DNA from: a virus
IMG/VR virus record: IMGVR_UViG_3300037086_000474
Span: 1-64,000 of that record
DNA: 64,000 bases
Direction: 5' to 3' (one strand)
In this document: positions 1 through 8,742 of the stretch, piece after piece
Layout of the letters: every line of letters starts with the position of its first letter
Position numbering within the stretch: position 1 is the first letter of the stretch
Notes under the pieces: generated by a model
Told to the model about the DNA's origin: nothing
What the model saw: only the letters and a program-made list of their open reading frames with translations
Database searches by the model: none
Translations under genes and position numbers: made by a program

Positions 1-390
1 GTGAAGGTGAAGATAGATAAAGATCCTCTTTTCTACAAAGATGCAAATGGAAAAAAACCTCTCGAAAAGGATTTACTAGCTTTGGATCCGCACGAAGCAG
101 TAAAGGTCAATGCTCGGATTGAAGAAATCATCAAGGGGGTTGGTTGGCTTCTGCCCCATCATCCTCATACCGAAAATCTCAAGAAAACGAACAATAAAGC
201 AAAAGGTCTCTATGCTCTCAGAGTCAAAATCAATGGTCAATACCATCATATACCATATTTCATTTATAATGGAAAAGTTTATTTGATGTTTATTGATGAA
301 GGCCACGACAAAGACAACCACGTGCCAGACAACGATATTGCTAAAGCAATCAATATGAAAGCTGATTTTATGAGGAGGAAGAAGAAATGA
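1..390 (+). CDS. RelE/HigB (phage Gp49-like) toxin-fold protein, apparently degenerate; 5' end may lie outside the window
   Basis: FYKDANGKKPL...GLYALRVK...IPYF...PDNDIAKA follows the Gp49/HigB pattern (FYxxxxGxxP...GLYELR...RIxYF...PxxEIxxA). Confidence 0.6.
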   Translation: MKVKIDKDPLFYKDANGKKPLEKDLLALDPHEAVKVNARIEEIIKGVGWLLPHHPHTENLKKTNNKAKGLYALRVKINGQYHHIPYFIYNGKVYLMFIDEGHDKDNHVPDNDIAKAINMKADFMRRKKK

Positions 391-623
391 GTGAAGAAAA
401 AGTTATGGAGTTCTTTGGAAAGAACTTCGACAAGGAGCTTCTTGATAAGGGCAGAAAAGAAGTGGCCCTTGAACTCAAGGCTGAAGCTGAAGATGAAGAA
501 ATGAAAACTGGACTATCGGTCTTCAAAGAAAAGTTCAACACCCAAACAGAGGCCTTTACGCCTAAAATCTCTCATCCAGCACTAAATGCTCATGCTTTTG
601 TAAAGCTTCCAAAGAACGACTAA
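387..623 (+). CDS. hypothetical protein in antitoxin position, no HTH visible
   Basis: ATGA overlap with the RelE-like gene, SD GAGGAGG, acidic 78 aa. Confidence 0.55.
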   Translation: MSEEKVMEFFGKNFDKELLDKGRKEVALELKAEAEDEEMKTGLSVFKEKFNTQTEAFTPKISHPALNAHAFVKLPKND

Positions 624-697
624 CCCCTCTATGAGGAGTTTTTTATTGTTGAGGCACTGGATTTGTTTGTTGGATTTTAGAGCATATTTCATGATAT

Positions 698-1810
698 ATG
701 ATTTCGACTACTGTTCCTTTTGTTCTGAAATGTGATGACTGTGGCAAAGAATGGAACTCTACAAAAACCAACTATCAGTCAAGCAAAATAAGAGCAAAAA
801 CTGGAAAAGATCTCTGTAGCTCCTGTAGAAAGAAAGGTTCCAACAACCCGTTCTTCGACAAACATCACTCTCAACACACCAGACATCTCATCTCTCAAAA
901 GCAAATAGACAGTGGATGGGCAAAAGGCTCTGGAAATCCAATGTATGGAAAGCCTTTGCCAGAAGAAACCCTGAAAGAGATTGGTAGAAAACTCAGAGAA
1001 AACAACTCAAAGATGACTGCCAAGGAGAGAAAAGAGAAGTTTGATAGCGGCTTTGCCTCGTCTCATCTCAGAGGCAAAAAAAACATAGAAATCTATGGTG
1101 AGGAAAAAACTAGAGAAATGAGACTCCATCAGGACATCAATCAAAAGAAAGGTTTTGAAGCGATGTCTGATGAAGATTGGAAAAGATGGAGAGAAAACGT
1201 CTCTAGATCAATAAGAGAAAATGGATCATCAAAAGGCTCCAGAAACTCAATGTCGCTTGTTTCCATAGCAAAGCGGTATGGTTGTTCGATTGAAGAAGCC
1301 AGGAAACTGACTCCACAATATGGAAAACCCATGTCAGAAGAGGCAAAAAGAAAATCAGCCCTAGCCCATATCGGGAGGCTAGCTCCTGAAGGAAGCGGCA
1401 GAGGTATTTCTGGTCATATCATAAGTGATGGTTTCTACTTCAGAAGTTCATATGAGCTTTCATACATCGTTCAGCTTACTTCTAAAGGCATTCAATACCA
1501 ATCTGCTGAAAAAATCACTATTCCATACACGTTCGAAGGAAAACCTCGAACATATCACCCTGATTTCATCATTGACAAAACCATCATAGAAATCAAACCA
1601 AAGAGCAGGTTGAAAGAGGCTCTTGTTCAAGCCAAACTAGAGGCCGGTAGAACATGGTGTGAAGCCAATGCATATCTTTATACAGTTCTAACGGAGAAAG
1701 ACTTGGAGCTTCTTTCTAATGCCCAGATTTTAGAGCTCGATGGGCATGTGATAAGATTGTCCTACAAATGGAGAGGCAGACTGAATGAAAGACAAGTTTC
1801 AAACGCTTAG
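698..1810 (+). CDS. free-standing homing-type endonuclease: zinc finger + NUMOD3-like repeats + TnsA-N-like PD-(D/E)xK domain
   Basis: CDDC...CSSC; NPFFDKHHS, NPMYGKPL and PQYGKPMSEE repeats; YFRSSYE...YHPDF...IEIKP. Confidence 0.75.
   Translation: MISTTVPFVLKCDDCGKEWNSTKTNYQSSKIRAKTGKDLCSSCRKKGSNNPFFDKHHSQHTRHLISQKQIDSGWAKGSGNPMYGKPLPEETLKEIGRKLRENNSKMTAKERKEKFDSGFASSHLRGKKNIEIYGEEKTREMRLHQDINQKKGFEAMSDEDWKRWRENVSRSIRENGSSKGSRNSMSLVSIAKRYGCSIEEARKLTPQYGKPMSEEAKRKSALAHIGRLAPEGSGRGISGHIISDGFYFRSSYELSYIVQLTSKGIQYQSAEKITIPYTFEGKPRTYHPDFIIDKTIIEIKPKSRLKEALVQAKLEAGRTWCEANAYLYTVLTEKDLELLSNAQILELDGHVIRLSYKWRGRLNERQVSNA
1728..1757 (+). promoter_or_regulatory. class A promoter TTTTAGAG-N16-TAAGAT upstream of topoisomerase IB
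   Basis: same motif and spacing as five other copies; lies inside the 3' end of the endonuclease gene. Confidence 0.6.
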
Positions 1811-3503
1811 CCACAATGGTCCCTGCTTCCCGGAAGCATACGAACCTCGTCACTACAACGTGATGATCAATGGACAGAAGTGCCAACTTGAGCCTCTTGC
1901 CGAAGAGATCGCCACCTTCTGGGCGGCCAAACTCGACACCAAGTATATCAGCGACCCCGTTTGCATCACCAACTACTGGAAAGACTTTTCAGAAGCTCTG
2001 AAGCCTGCCTTTGGAAAGGCAGTTGAGAGCTTCAAGTTTCCTCAGGACTTTGATTTCTCTGAGATCTATCATGATCTCCAGAAGAGGAAGGAAGACAGGA
2101 AGCTTCAGACGAAGGTCGATCGTGAGAAGATCAAGACCCAGCGTCTTGCACTCAAGGCAAAGTATGGCATGGCTCAGTTGAACGGGAGAGAGGTTGAGCT
2201 CGGCAACTACATGATCGAACCTCCTGGCCTGTTCCTCGGAAGAGGGGAACATCCCCTTAGATTTCGTGTCAAGCCCCGCATCTTCCCCGAGGATGTCACA
2301 CTCAACCTGTCCAAAGGCACCCCTGTTCCGCCCGCCCCCGCAGGACACTCTTGGAAGAGAGTGGTAGAGAATAAGGGTGCCCTCTGGACTTGCATGTGGA
2401 TTGAGAAGATGTCGGGCGCCTACAAGAGGGTTCTCTTCTCTGCTTCTTCAGTGGTTGGACAGGACAGTGACCAGAAGAAGTTTGAAAAGGCCATCAAGCT
2501 GGCCAACAACTTCGACAAAGTTAACAACTATATCGACAGCAAGCTCACTGCTCGTGACAAGACGACCAGGGAACTGGCAACAGTTTGCAAGTTGATTGCG
2601 ACCATGTCGATCCGTGTTGGTGATGAGAAGGGCGCGGACACTGCCGACACTGTAGGAGCCTCGTCCCTTCGCGTCGAGCACATCAAGCTCACTGAGAGCA
2701 AGGTCGAGTTTGACTTCCTCGGAAAGGACAGCGTTCGCTACCACAACATCGTGGAGTTTGACATCCACACCATCCGTAATCTCCGCGAGTTCATCGAGCA
2801 CAAGAAGCCGAGCGACAAGCTGTTCTCAGACGGCATTAACTCGAAGGGCGTCAAGGAGTTTTTCAACGGCGTTCTCCCTGGCCTGACGGCAAAGCAGTTC
2901 AGGACGGCGACTGGTTCGACCCTTCTTGCAAAGGAACTGCAGAGCAAGCCAGTCGATTCCAAGCTGAGTGAGGCCAAGAAGGTCGAGATCTTTACGGAAT
3001 CCAATTTGACGGTAGCTTTGAAGTTGAATCATCAGACGGCAGTTTCGGAAGCTTATGACAAGTCTATCGACAACATGAAGGGCAAGGCCAAGGATCTTCA
3101 GGCCGAGTTGAGTACTGCGAAGTCGATCATTAGCCAGGAAAAGGAAGATGCCAAGAAGGCCATGGAAGATGGCATCGCTTACGCCGCCAAGAAGGGCAAC
3201 AAGAAAATGGCCAAGTGCTACAAGGCCATCTATGCGAAGAAGATCGAGAGACTCGATGCCAGGATCGCCAGGGTAGCGGGCAGGGTCGAGACGTTGAAGT
3301 CTCGTGTGGCCATGAAGACGAAGACTAGGGGCATTGCACTTGGAACTTCCAAGTTGAATTACAGCGATCCTCGCATTGCCATCTCATGGTGCAAGACGAA
3401 TGAAGTCGATCTCAAGCGCATCTATCCCGTCACCGCTCAGAAGAAGTTTAGCTGGGCCATGGATGCCGCCCCCGATTTCTTCATGAAGTATCCGAAAGTC
3501 TGA
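1785..3503 (+). CDS. top1: DNA topoisomerase IB, eukaryote/thaumarchaeal-like long form
   Basis: HNGPCFPEAYEP, EPPGLFLGRGEHP, IRVGDEK, FLGKDS, TAKQFRT, LNHQ, coiled linker, GTSKLNYSDPRI with catalytic Tyr. Confidence 0.95.
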   Translation: MKDKFQTLSHNGPCFPEAYEPRHYNVMINGQKCQLEPLAEEIATFWAAKLDTKYISDPVCITNYWKDFSEALKPAFGKAVESFKFPQDFDFSEIYHDLQKRKEDRKLQTKVDREKIKTQRLALKAKYGMAQLNGREVELGNYMIEPPGLFLGRGEHPLRFRVKPRIFPEDVTLNLSKGTPVPPAPAGHSWKRVVENKGALWTCMWIEKMSGAYKRVLFSASSVVGQDSDQKKFEKAIKLANNFDKVNNYIDSKLTARDKTTRELATVCKLIATMSIRVGDEKGADTADTVGASSLRVEHIKLTESKVEFDFLGKDSVRYHNIVEFDIHTIRNLREFIEHKKPSDKLFSDGINSKGVKEFFNGVLPGLTAKQFRTATGSTLLAKELQSKPVDSKLSEAKKVEIFTESNLTVALKLNHQTAVSEAYDKSIDNMKGKAKDLQAELSTAKSIISQEKEDAKKAMEDGIAYAAKKGNKKMAKCYKAIYAKKIERLDARIARVAGRVETLKSRVAMKTKTRGIALGTSKLNYSDPRIAISWCKTNEVDLKRIYPVTAQKKFSWAMDAAPDFFMKYPKV

Positions 3504-3513
3504 AGGAGAGGCA

Positions 3514-3714
3514 ATGAAGCCCTACGGAGTCAAGGTCATAGAATGGCCTGATGTGGGTGATATTCAGTCGATGGGAGCCAAGTCCAGCACTGGAAAGTTT
3601 GCTGGAAAGAGTGGTGACTATCATTCCTACAGCAAGGGAAACTCCAAGAAGAGGATCCGCCGCTATTGGAAGCGGAAAGCTCGCAAAGAGAAGGTAGAGA
3701 TAGACGAGTGCTGA
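3514..3714 (+). CDS. small basic hypothetical protein
   Basis: SD AGGAG, 66 aa ORF. Confidence 0.6.
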   Translation: MKPYGVKVIEWPDVGDIQSMGAKSSTGKFAGKSGDYHSYSKGNSKKRIRRYWKRKARKEKVEIDEC

Positions 3715-3965
3715 AGATTGGAGAAATCTGGCACAGTGATGCTTCTGATTGGTGGCCAATGAATGTGACGGGCGTCAGTGTTTTTCAAGTTATTCCTCGC
3801 CTTCGTGGAATGGCTGAAAATGAAATCGCTATCCACTCGCTCGGTGACAAGGTGTTCTATGTCGATAATGAAGCAGTCCAGCGTTTGATTTATTTGGGTA
3901 TTGTGAGACCTGCTTCTGAAGATGAAATTGCTCATTTCATGCTCAGCCGTTCCATTGCTTGGTAG
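3708..3965 (+). CDS. AKxLL-tail family protein
   Basis: GTG start giving MLKIGEIW; C-term PASEDEIAHFML. Confidence 0.65.
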   Translation: MLKIGEIWHSDASDWWPMNVTGVSVFQVIPRLRGMAENEIAIHSLGDKVFYVDNEAVQRLIYLGIVRPASEDEIAHFMLSRSIAW

Positions 3966-3969
3966 AGAA

Positions 3970-4221
3970 ATGAAACTTCATGGTGCCATTTATCATAGTG
4001 ATGAAGAAATTATCGATGATCAAGGGGTACCAGTACAAGCAAGAGTGTTTTCAGCAATGAGCATATCGGGCGGAAACCTTATGCATCCGACGATAGTGCT
4101 CAAACGAATGGATGGTTGGATGCATCACGTCGATGCAAACAAAATACAAGCTCTGATAGAACAAGATATAATAAGACTAGCAACAGATGATGAAATAGCA
4201 CTTTTTCTGCTGGGAGAGTAA
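3970..4221 (+). CDS. AKxLL-tail family protein
   Basis: C-term LATDDEIALFLLGE. Confidence 0.65.
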   Translation: MKLHGAIYHSDEEIIDDQGVPVQARVFSAMSISGGNLMHPTIVLKRMDGWMHHVDANKIQALIEQDIIRLATDDEIALFLLGE

Positions 4222-4243
4222 AAAGTGAAACAGGAGACAAAAA

Positions 4244-4723
4244 ATGTCGGACGAAAATGTTGATATGTTGAAAGACAAAATCACTGAGCTTCAGGATAAA
4301 ATCGAGGAGCTAAGCAGGGATGATGTATACGGAATGTGGACTCGTGCAGCTTTCCTCCAATTCTGTTTAGTCATGCCCAGAGGACGCAGAACCATTCTTT
4401 TTCTTGATTTTGATGGTATTCACAATCTCAATAAGGAGATTGGATACAAGGAAGTTGATAGAAAGATCAGAGCCACATTTACCATTCCTTTCAGAGCAAG
4501 TGACATTGTGGCCAGATGGTATTCTGGAGATGAGATTGTGATTCTATTTGATGGTGAGGGTGAAGGAGTGCAGCGAAAGATCACGGAGCTCGTGGAGAAG
4601 GCTAATGAAAATGGTCTCTCCTTCACATACGAAGTAGGACATTGGGAAGTTGGAAAATCAGATGTCATTGTGGCAGTAGATGATCTGTCCAACAAAAATA
4701 GAGCGAAGAGGAAGAAGGCGTGA
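4244..4723 (+). CDS. GGDEF-domain protein with degenerate A-site (SGDEI)
   Basis: coiled coil, DDVYGMWTR, FLDFDGIHNLNKEIGY, SDIVARWYSGDEIVILF. Confidence 0.8.
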   Translation: MSDENVDMLKDKITELQDKIEELSRDDVYGMWTRAAFLQFCLVMPRGRRTILFLDFDGIHNLNKEIGYKEVDRKIRATFTIPFRASDIVARWYSGDEIVILFDGEGEGVQRKITELVEKANENGLSFTYEVGHWEVGKSDVIVAVDDLSNKNRAKRKKA

Positions 4724-4968
4724 TAGTATATGTTCTCCCAGGTGATTGGAAGAAGGGAATTGCTCCAATTGGTTTGGTTACCCGAGCTGATATGGTCTTA
4801 GGAATTAAGGATGGTGTCATTCTCAAGGATCGTCGAGGAAAATCTGGTAGAAAGTTTGATGCTATCGGACTTCGTGCAGTTCTTCGCATACTTTCTAATG
4901 GTGAAGAGATTCCTCTGCCCGAGGATGTGAGGGCGAAAGAGATGTTGGAAGGAAATGACGGACGCTGA
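4720..4968 (+). CDS. AKxLL-tail family protein (divergent)
   Basis: C-term PLPEDVRAKEMLEG; GTGA overlap. Confidence 0.55.
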   Translation: MIVYVLPGDWKKGIAPIGLVTRADMVLGIKDGVILKDRRGKSGRKFDAIGLRAVLRILSNGEEIPLPEDVRAKEMLEGNDGR

Positions 4969-5284
4969 ATTCAGCTCTCTCAAATGGCAAGATCTCTACT
5001 ACTTTAAAAATGATAAGGGCTTTCGGTATCTCATCAAATTGCGCTCTACTTCTCAAGATCTTATAGAAACCCCAACATGGTCAGATCCAGGGTATCGTGA
5101 ATATAAAGCCAAAAAAGTAGTAGTCGTCGAATACGCTCTCAACTATGATTACATATTTCTCCCTCTCGGGCCACAACCTAAATGGAGTAATAGCATCGCA
5201 AGAATCAGAGAAGCTGATCTCTACAGATGGGAGCTCATTCCTCTTTCAGAAGATGAGAAGGCGAAGATTTGGTTGAGTGTATGA
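4955..5284 (+). CDS. AKxLL-tail family protein
   Basis: C-term PLSEDEKAKIWLSV. Confidence 0.6.
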   Translation: MTDAEFSSLKWQDLYYFKNDKGFRYLIKLRSTSQDLIETPTWSDPGYREYKAKKVVVVEYALNYDYIFLPLGPQPKWSNSIARIREADLYRWELIPLSEDEKAKIWLSV

Positions 5285-5544
5285 TCTATAAAATGGACTG
5301 GCAAAGAGCATTTCCATATGCCTGCATATCCACAAAAAATCCTTCTAATCTCTTTACTTTTGTTAGAGTAGATGAACAGGAAGTTGGTTCTCCTCATGTC
5401 ACATTTCAATACCGTGATGGCAATGTTTGGAAAAAGATGCATATGGTCAGAACTGTTCTTGATGACATAGTAGATATTGGAGGGGCCAAAGAAGTCACAG
5501 ATCTTTCTGAGAAAGCAAAAGCTTTTCTTCTAGGGGCTATATGA
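5281..5544 (+). CDS. AKxLL-tail family protein
   Basis: C-term VTDLSEKAKAFLLGAI; ATGA overlap. Confidence 0.65.
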   Translation: MIYKMDWQRAFPYACISTKNPSNLFTFVRVDEQEVGSPHVTFQYRDGNVWKKMHMVRTVLDDIVDIGGAKEVTDLSEKAKAFLLGAI

Positions 5545-5807
5545 AGAGAAAGAAAGGAGAGATGCGGCATCCTAGACCAGCTCGTCTCTATCGTCAAACA
5601 ATATGGCACGATCTTCCCAACCAATGTATTCTCAGAGATCATAACAGTATCAGTTGGGTTCTTAGCTTTTTCCACCCAGCAAAACATCGGATGAGTGGCA
5701 TAATTATAGGTGACGAGCACATTGAGAAATGGGTTTCAGCTGGCCAACTCTGTGTGGTGGAAGAAACAAACGAGGTGGAGTTAGCCAAGTTTCTATTGGA
5801 GGTTTAG
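5541..5807 (+). CDS. AKxLL-tail family protein
   Basis: C-term TNEVELAKFLLEV. Confidence 0.65.
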   Translation: MKRKKGEMRHPRPARLYRQTIWHDLPNQCILRDHNSISWVLSFFHPAKHRMSGIIIGDEHIEKWVSAGQLCVVEETNEVELAKFLLEV

Positions 5808-5856
5808 AGCTTTCTATGTTTCATTGTGTGATGTTTAACATGCTCTGGAGGTAAAT

Positions 5857-6063
5857 GTGAAGCACTTTTTCTTCTATAAGGATAGTCTCTTCGTTCATGT
5901 TTTGGACCATCAGGAAAAGAAGGAAGAATACACAGCTCGCACATATGATGGAATGAGTGGCCATATTGAGAAGATCAAGATTCCGGCTGATCAGTTTTAT
6001 AGTGCTTACAAACCAGTTCTCAACAAGGCCATGATCTCTCGTCTTCTAGTAATGGGTGCATGA
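5857..6063 (+). CDS. AKxLL-tail family protein (divergent)
   Basis: SD GGAGG; C-term VLNKAMISRLLVMGA. Confidence 0.6.
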   Translation: MKHFFFYKDSLFVHVLDHQEKKEEYTARTYDGMSGHIEKIKIPADQFYSAYKPVLNKAMISRLLVMGA

Positions 6064-6308
6064 TTTACCACGACACAAAAGACGATATCTATATCACGTT
6101 CAACAGCGCTCTATCGTTAACAACAATCATTCTGGATCCTAATGATCTGCAACCGGTGTATAACGTCGTAATCTATTCACCTAAAAAAGGTGGAAAGATT
6201 GCAAAAACTTTCTTTGGCAGAACTGAGCTAGAAAAACGGCTTGGCACAAGTATGTTTCCTGTCACAGATGAAGCAACTCTTGCCAAACTGATAATGTTGG
6301 GATTGTAA
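6060..6308 (+). CDS. AKxLL-tail family protein
   Basis: C-term VTDEATLAKLIMLGL. Confidence 0.65.
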   Translation: MIYHDTKDDIYITFNSALSLTTIILDPNDLQPVYNVVIYSPKKGGKIAKTFFGRTELEKRLGTSMFPVTDEATLAKLIMLGL

Positions 6309-6563
6309 ATGAAGCTCAAAGTTGGGCAGATTTACTACGATAAAGAGTCTAGGAAATACTTTGTTGTCCATCATTTCAATTCAAAACGAATCTGTTTAAT
6401 CATTGATTTTGCAACAGAGTGGATGCAAGCCAGTCCGAACAACACTCATGATACCAAGAGAATCAAAGAATTGATAAAGAAAGATCAGCTTCGTCTTGTA
6501 GAAGATGAACCAACAGTGGCAAAACTTCTTTTGAAAGAAGCTTTTCGAGTGTTAAGCATCTGA
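6309..6563 (+). CDS. AKxLL-tail family protein
   Basis: N-term MKLKVGQIYY; C-term VEDEPTVAKLLLKEAF. Confidence 0.7.
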   Translation: MKLKVGQIYYDKESRKYFVVHHFNSKRICLIIDFATEWMQASPNNTHDTKRIKELIKKDQLRLVEDEPTVAKLLLKEAFRVLSI

Positions 6564-6814
6564 TGAAAATCAAAGATGATTCAATCTATTACTATAAGCG
6601 CAACAACAAATATTTTAAGGTTTATCGCCACACCTCCAGCAATCTCACTCTCATAAGAGATTTTGTTGTCATGGCTGGACGAACCCAAAGTCCTTATCAA
6701 TGGGTAGAGCTGAAATGGTTCAAAACAGAGTTTGAAGCAAACCGACTTGTTTTGATTGAGGACGAACCTACAATAGCCAAGCTTCTTTTGAGAGGAGCAT
6801 TTAATGTGGCATAA
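6563..6814 (+). CDS. AKxLL-tail family protein, paralog of 6309..6563
   Basis: IYY...KYF.V...LI.DF; C-term IEDEPTIAKLLLRGAF. Confidence 0.7.
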   Translation: MKIKDDSIYYYKRNNKYFKVYRHTSSNLTLIRDFVVMAGRTQSPYQWVELKWFKTEFEANRLVLIEDEPTIAKLLLRGAFNVA

Positions 6815-6825
6815 TTCTCTTTATA

Positions 6826-7113
6826 GTGGAAACCAACGAGGTCCGAGTAAAAAACACGTACTACTTTGCTATCGAGGCCATGGCCTTTCTAAGTTTCAAG
6901 ATAAGAGGTGTTTTTCGTATCTGTCTCGTTGAAGAAGATTTGGCTGGGTATATTGAACAAAACTATTTTGTTTTCTTCTTCTTACAGGGCAAGGTACAGA
7001 CACTTGGGCTTGGGGCCCCAGATATTTTTCATAAAGATCTAGATTGGCAGAAAGAGTATTTTCGTTTTGCAACTGAAGATGAGGTTGCTAAGGCCATGAT
7101 GTTGGGACTATGA
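6826..7113 (+). CDS. AKxLL-tail family protein
   Basis: C-term FATEDEVAKAMMLGL. Confidence 0.65.
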   Translation: METNEVRVKNTYYFAIEAMAFLSFKIRGVFRICLVEEDLAGYIEQNYFVFFFLQGKVQTLGLGAPDIFHKDLDWQKEYFRFATEDEVAKAMMLGL

Positions 7114-7382
7114 ATACAGAGGAACATTACTACACCACTCTCTATGCTTTCAAACTTGACGTTTTTATCATTGAGGGCACGTTCAAGATACTTATTCACA
7201 ATGTTCCCGGAGAAGCTCCACATTATTACATTCGCTATATTGATCAGGAAAAGGGACCAATGGGGAAGTATTTGGGTCATGGAGAACAACATTTCAAGAG
7301 AATGTTTGGTGGAAGAGAGATGCTGTATCGTCCGGCAAAACGTCATGAAATCGCGAAAGCCTTTTTATTGGGGTTGAAATGA
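7110..7382 (+). CDS. AKxLL-tail family protein
   Basis: C-term PAKRHEIAKAFLLGLK. Confidence 0.65.
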   Translation: MNTEEHYYTTLYAFKLDVFIIEGTFKILIHNVPGEAPHYYIRYIDQEKGPMGKYLGHGEQHFKRMFGGREMLYRPAKRHEIAKAFLLGLK

Positions 7383-7612
7383 TAGTTCATGTTGGTGATT
7401 ATATACAAAATAAACTCAATGGATTGATCCATGAAGTTGTGGATCTAGATCCACCTCTTCCATATACTCATAGAACCATTATCATAGAACAAGTGACTCA
7501 TCCGTCATCAGGACATCATCATTTAGGCATTCCGGCTGATAGTCTAGATGAGTATTGGGAAATGGCAAAATTGGCTGATGTAGCAAAACTCATGCTTTGG
7601 TTTATTAGTTAA
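7379..7612 (+). CDS. AKxLL-tail family protein
   Basis: N-term VHVGDYI; C-term LADVAKLMLW. Confidence 0.65.
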   Translation: MIVHVGDYIQNKLNGLIHEVVDLDPPLPYTHRTIIIEQVTHPSSGHHHLGIPADSLDEYWEMAKLADVAKLMLWFIS

Positions 7613-7872
7613 TGCCAATAGGTGATCCAAGAGATTTAGATCCTAGTCTCACGAATGATCCAAGCGTGAAGATTGGACAAATCTATGAGAATTCAGATGG
7701 GTATTTTGAGGTGCTCATGGTAAGTGGCAGTTGGACTAGTATTTTTCAATATGGAAGCAATACTCCTCGTATGGTATTGAGAAATGGTTTTGCAGCTGGA
7801 CTAATTGATGGTACTATTCGTCTTGTGACTGATGAGGTCGAGATCGCAAAAGCAATGTTGATGAGAAAATGA
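7612..7872 (+). CDS. AKxLL-tail family protein
   Basis: VKIGQIY; C-term VTDEVEIAKAMLMRK. Confidence 0.65.
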   Translation: MPIGDPRDLDPSLTNDPSVKIGQIYENSDGYFEVLMVSGSWTSIFQYGSNTPRMVLRNGFAAGLIDGTIRLVTDEVEIAKAMLMRK

Positions 7873-8117
7873 AACCCAAGATTGGAGAAGTATATCATTT
7901 TTGTGTTGAAAAAGATGATAAGACAGGGATGTGGTGGAGCTTCTATCTTAGAGTGACCATGATTTGGGGCGACTTTATCAGCTATCTGAAAGAGGATGGA
8001 AGAAGGCAAGATATGGATCTTGATCTTTTTTGTAAATATATGAAGTGGGGACAGATGATAAAGATTACAGACACAGTTCTTTTAGCAAAACTTTGTCTGC
8101 TTGGAGTTGTAAGATGA
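7869..8117 (+). CDS. AKxLL-tail family protein
   Basis: MKPKIGEVY; C-term ITDTVLLAKLCLLGVVR. Confidence 0.65.
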   Translation: MKPKIGEVYHFCVEKDDKTGMWWSFYLRVTMIWGDFISYLKEDGRRQDMDLDLFCKYMKWGQMIKITDTVLLAKLCLLGVVR

Positions 8118-8491
8118 AAACAAATTCTTTTAAAGAACTCTTATTGAGTTTTCGACATGCTTTTAGAGGTTTCACATATGCTTTTAAGACTCAAAGAAAT
8201 CTAAGAATAGAAGCTATCATAGCTATTTTTGTCGTTGTCTTTGGCATTGTGTTAGGATTGGGTGTGATTGATTGGATTCTTGTTTTCTCATCAATCATTT
8301 TTGTCATTGTTTCTGAACTCTTTAACACCTCCATAGAAGCTCTTGCAGACGTTGTAAATGGAAAACACGACATCAGAATTAAGAACACAAAAGACATGGC
8401 TGCCGCTTCAGTGTTTCTAACAGTTTCGATTTCAGCAATAATCGGAATACTCGTATTTGGACAGCGGATTCTCATTCTGATAAAAAAATGA
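8114..8491 (+). CDS. dgkA: diacylglycerol/undecaprenol kinase family membrane protein
   Basis: SFRHAFRG, QRNLRI, three TM segments, ELFNTSIEALAD, KDMAAASV. Confidence 0.9.
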   Translation: MKTNSFKELLLSFRHAFRGFTYAFKTQRNLRIEAIIAIFVVVFGIVLGLGVIDWILVFSSIIFVIVSELFNTSIEALADVVNGKHDIRIKNTKDMAAASVFLTVSISAIIGILVFGQRILILIKK

Positions 8492-8742
8492 AGTTCAAGA
8501 TCGGTTCAATCTATAAGGTCTATGACTTTCCAAAGAAATCTATGTTCAGATATATGAAAATCGTTCGACTCGACAAAAATCAGGGATTTGTTATTTTTGA
8601 CACCTTTTATCCAGAGCCTATTACGGTGAAGGGTGAGAGTTCTATGACTATTGATGTTTGGGAATACTACGTTTTGAGAGGAAAAGCCATTCGATGTTTG
8701 GACGACGAACTAGCAAAACTAAATCTATTAGGAATAGTATGA
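8488..8742 (+). CDS. AKxLL-tail family protein
   Basis: MKFKIGSIY; C-term DDELAKLNLLGIV. Confidence 0.7.
   Translation: MKFKIGSIYKVYDFPKKSMFRYMKIVRLDKNQGFVIFDTFYPEPITVKGESSMTIDVWEYYVLRGKAIRCLDDELAKLNLLGIV

Noticed and set aside
5802-5835. GTTTAGAG as another class A promoter (also TTTTAGAG at 675)
   Set aside because: No convincing -10 hexamer at the 16-nt spacing
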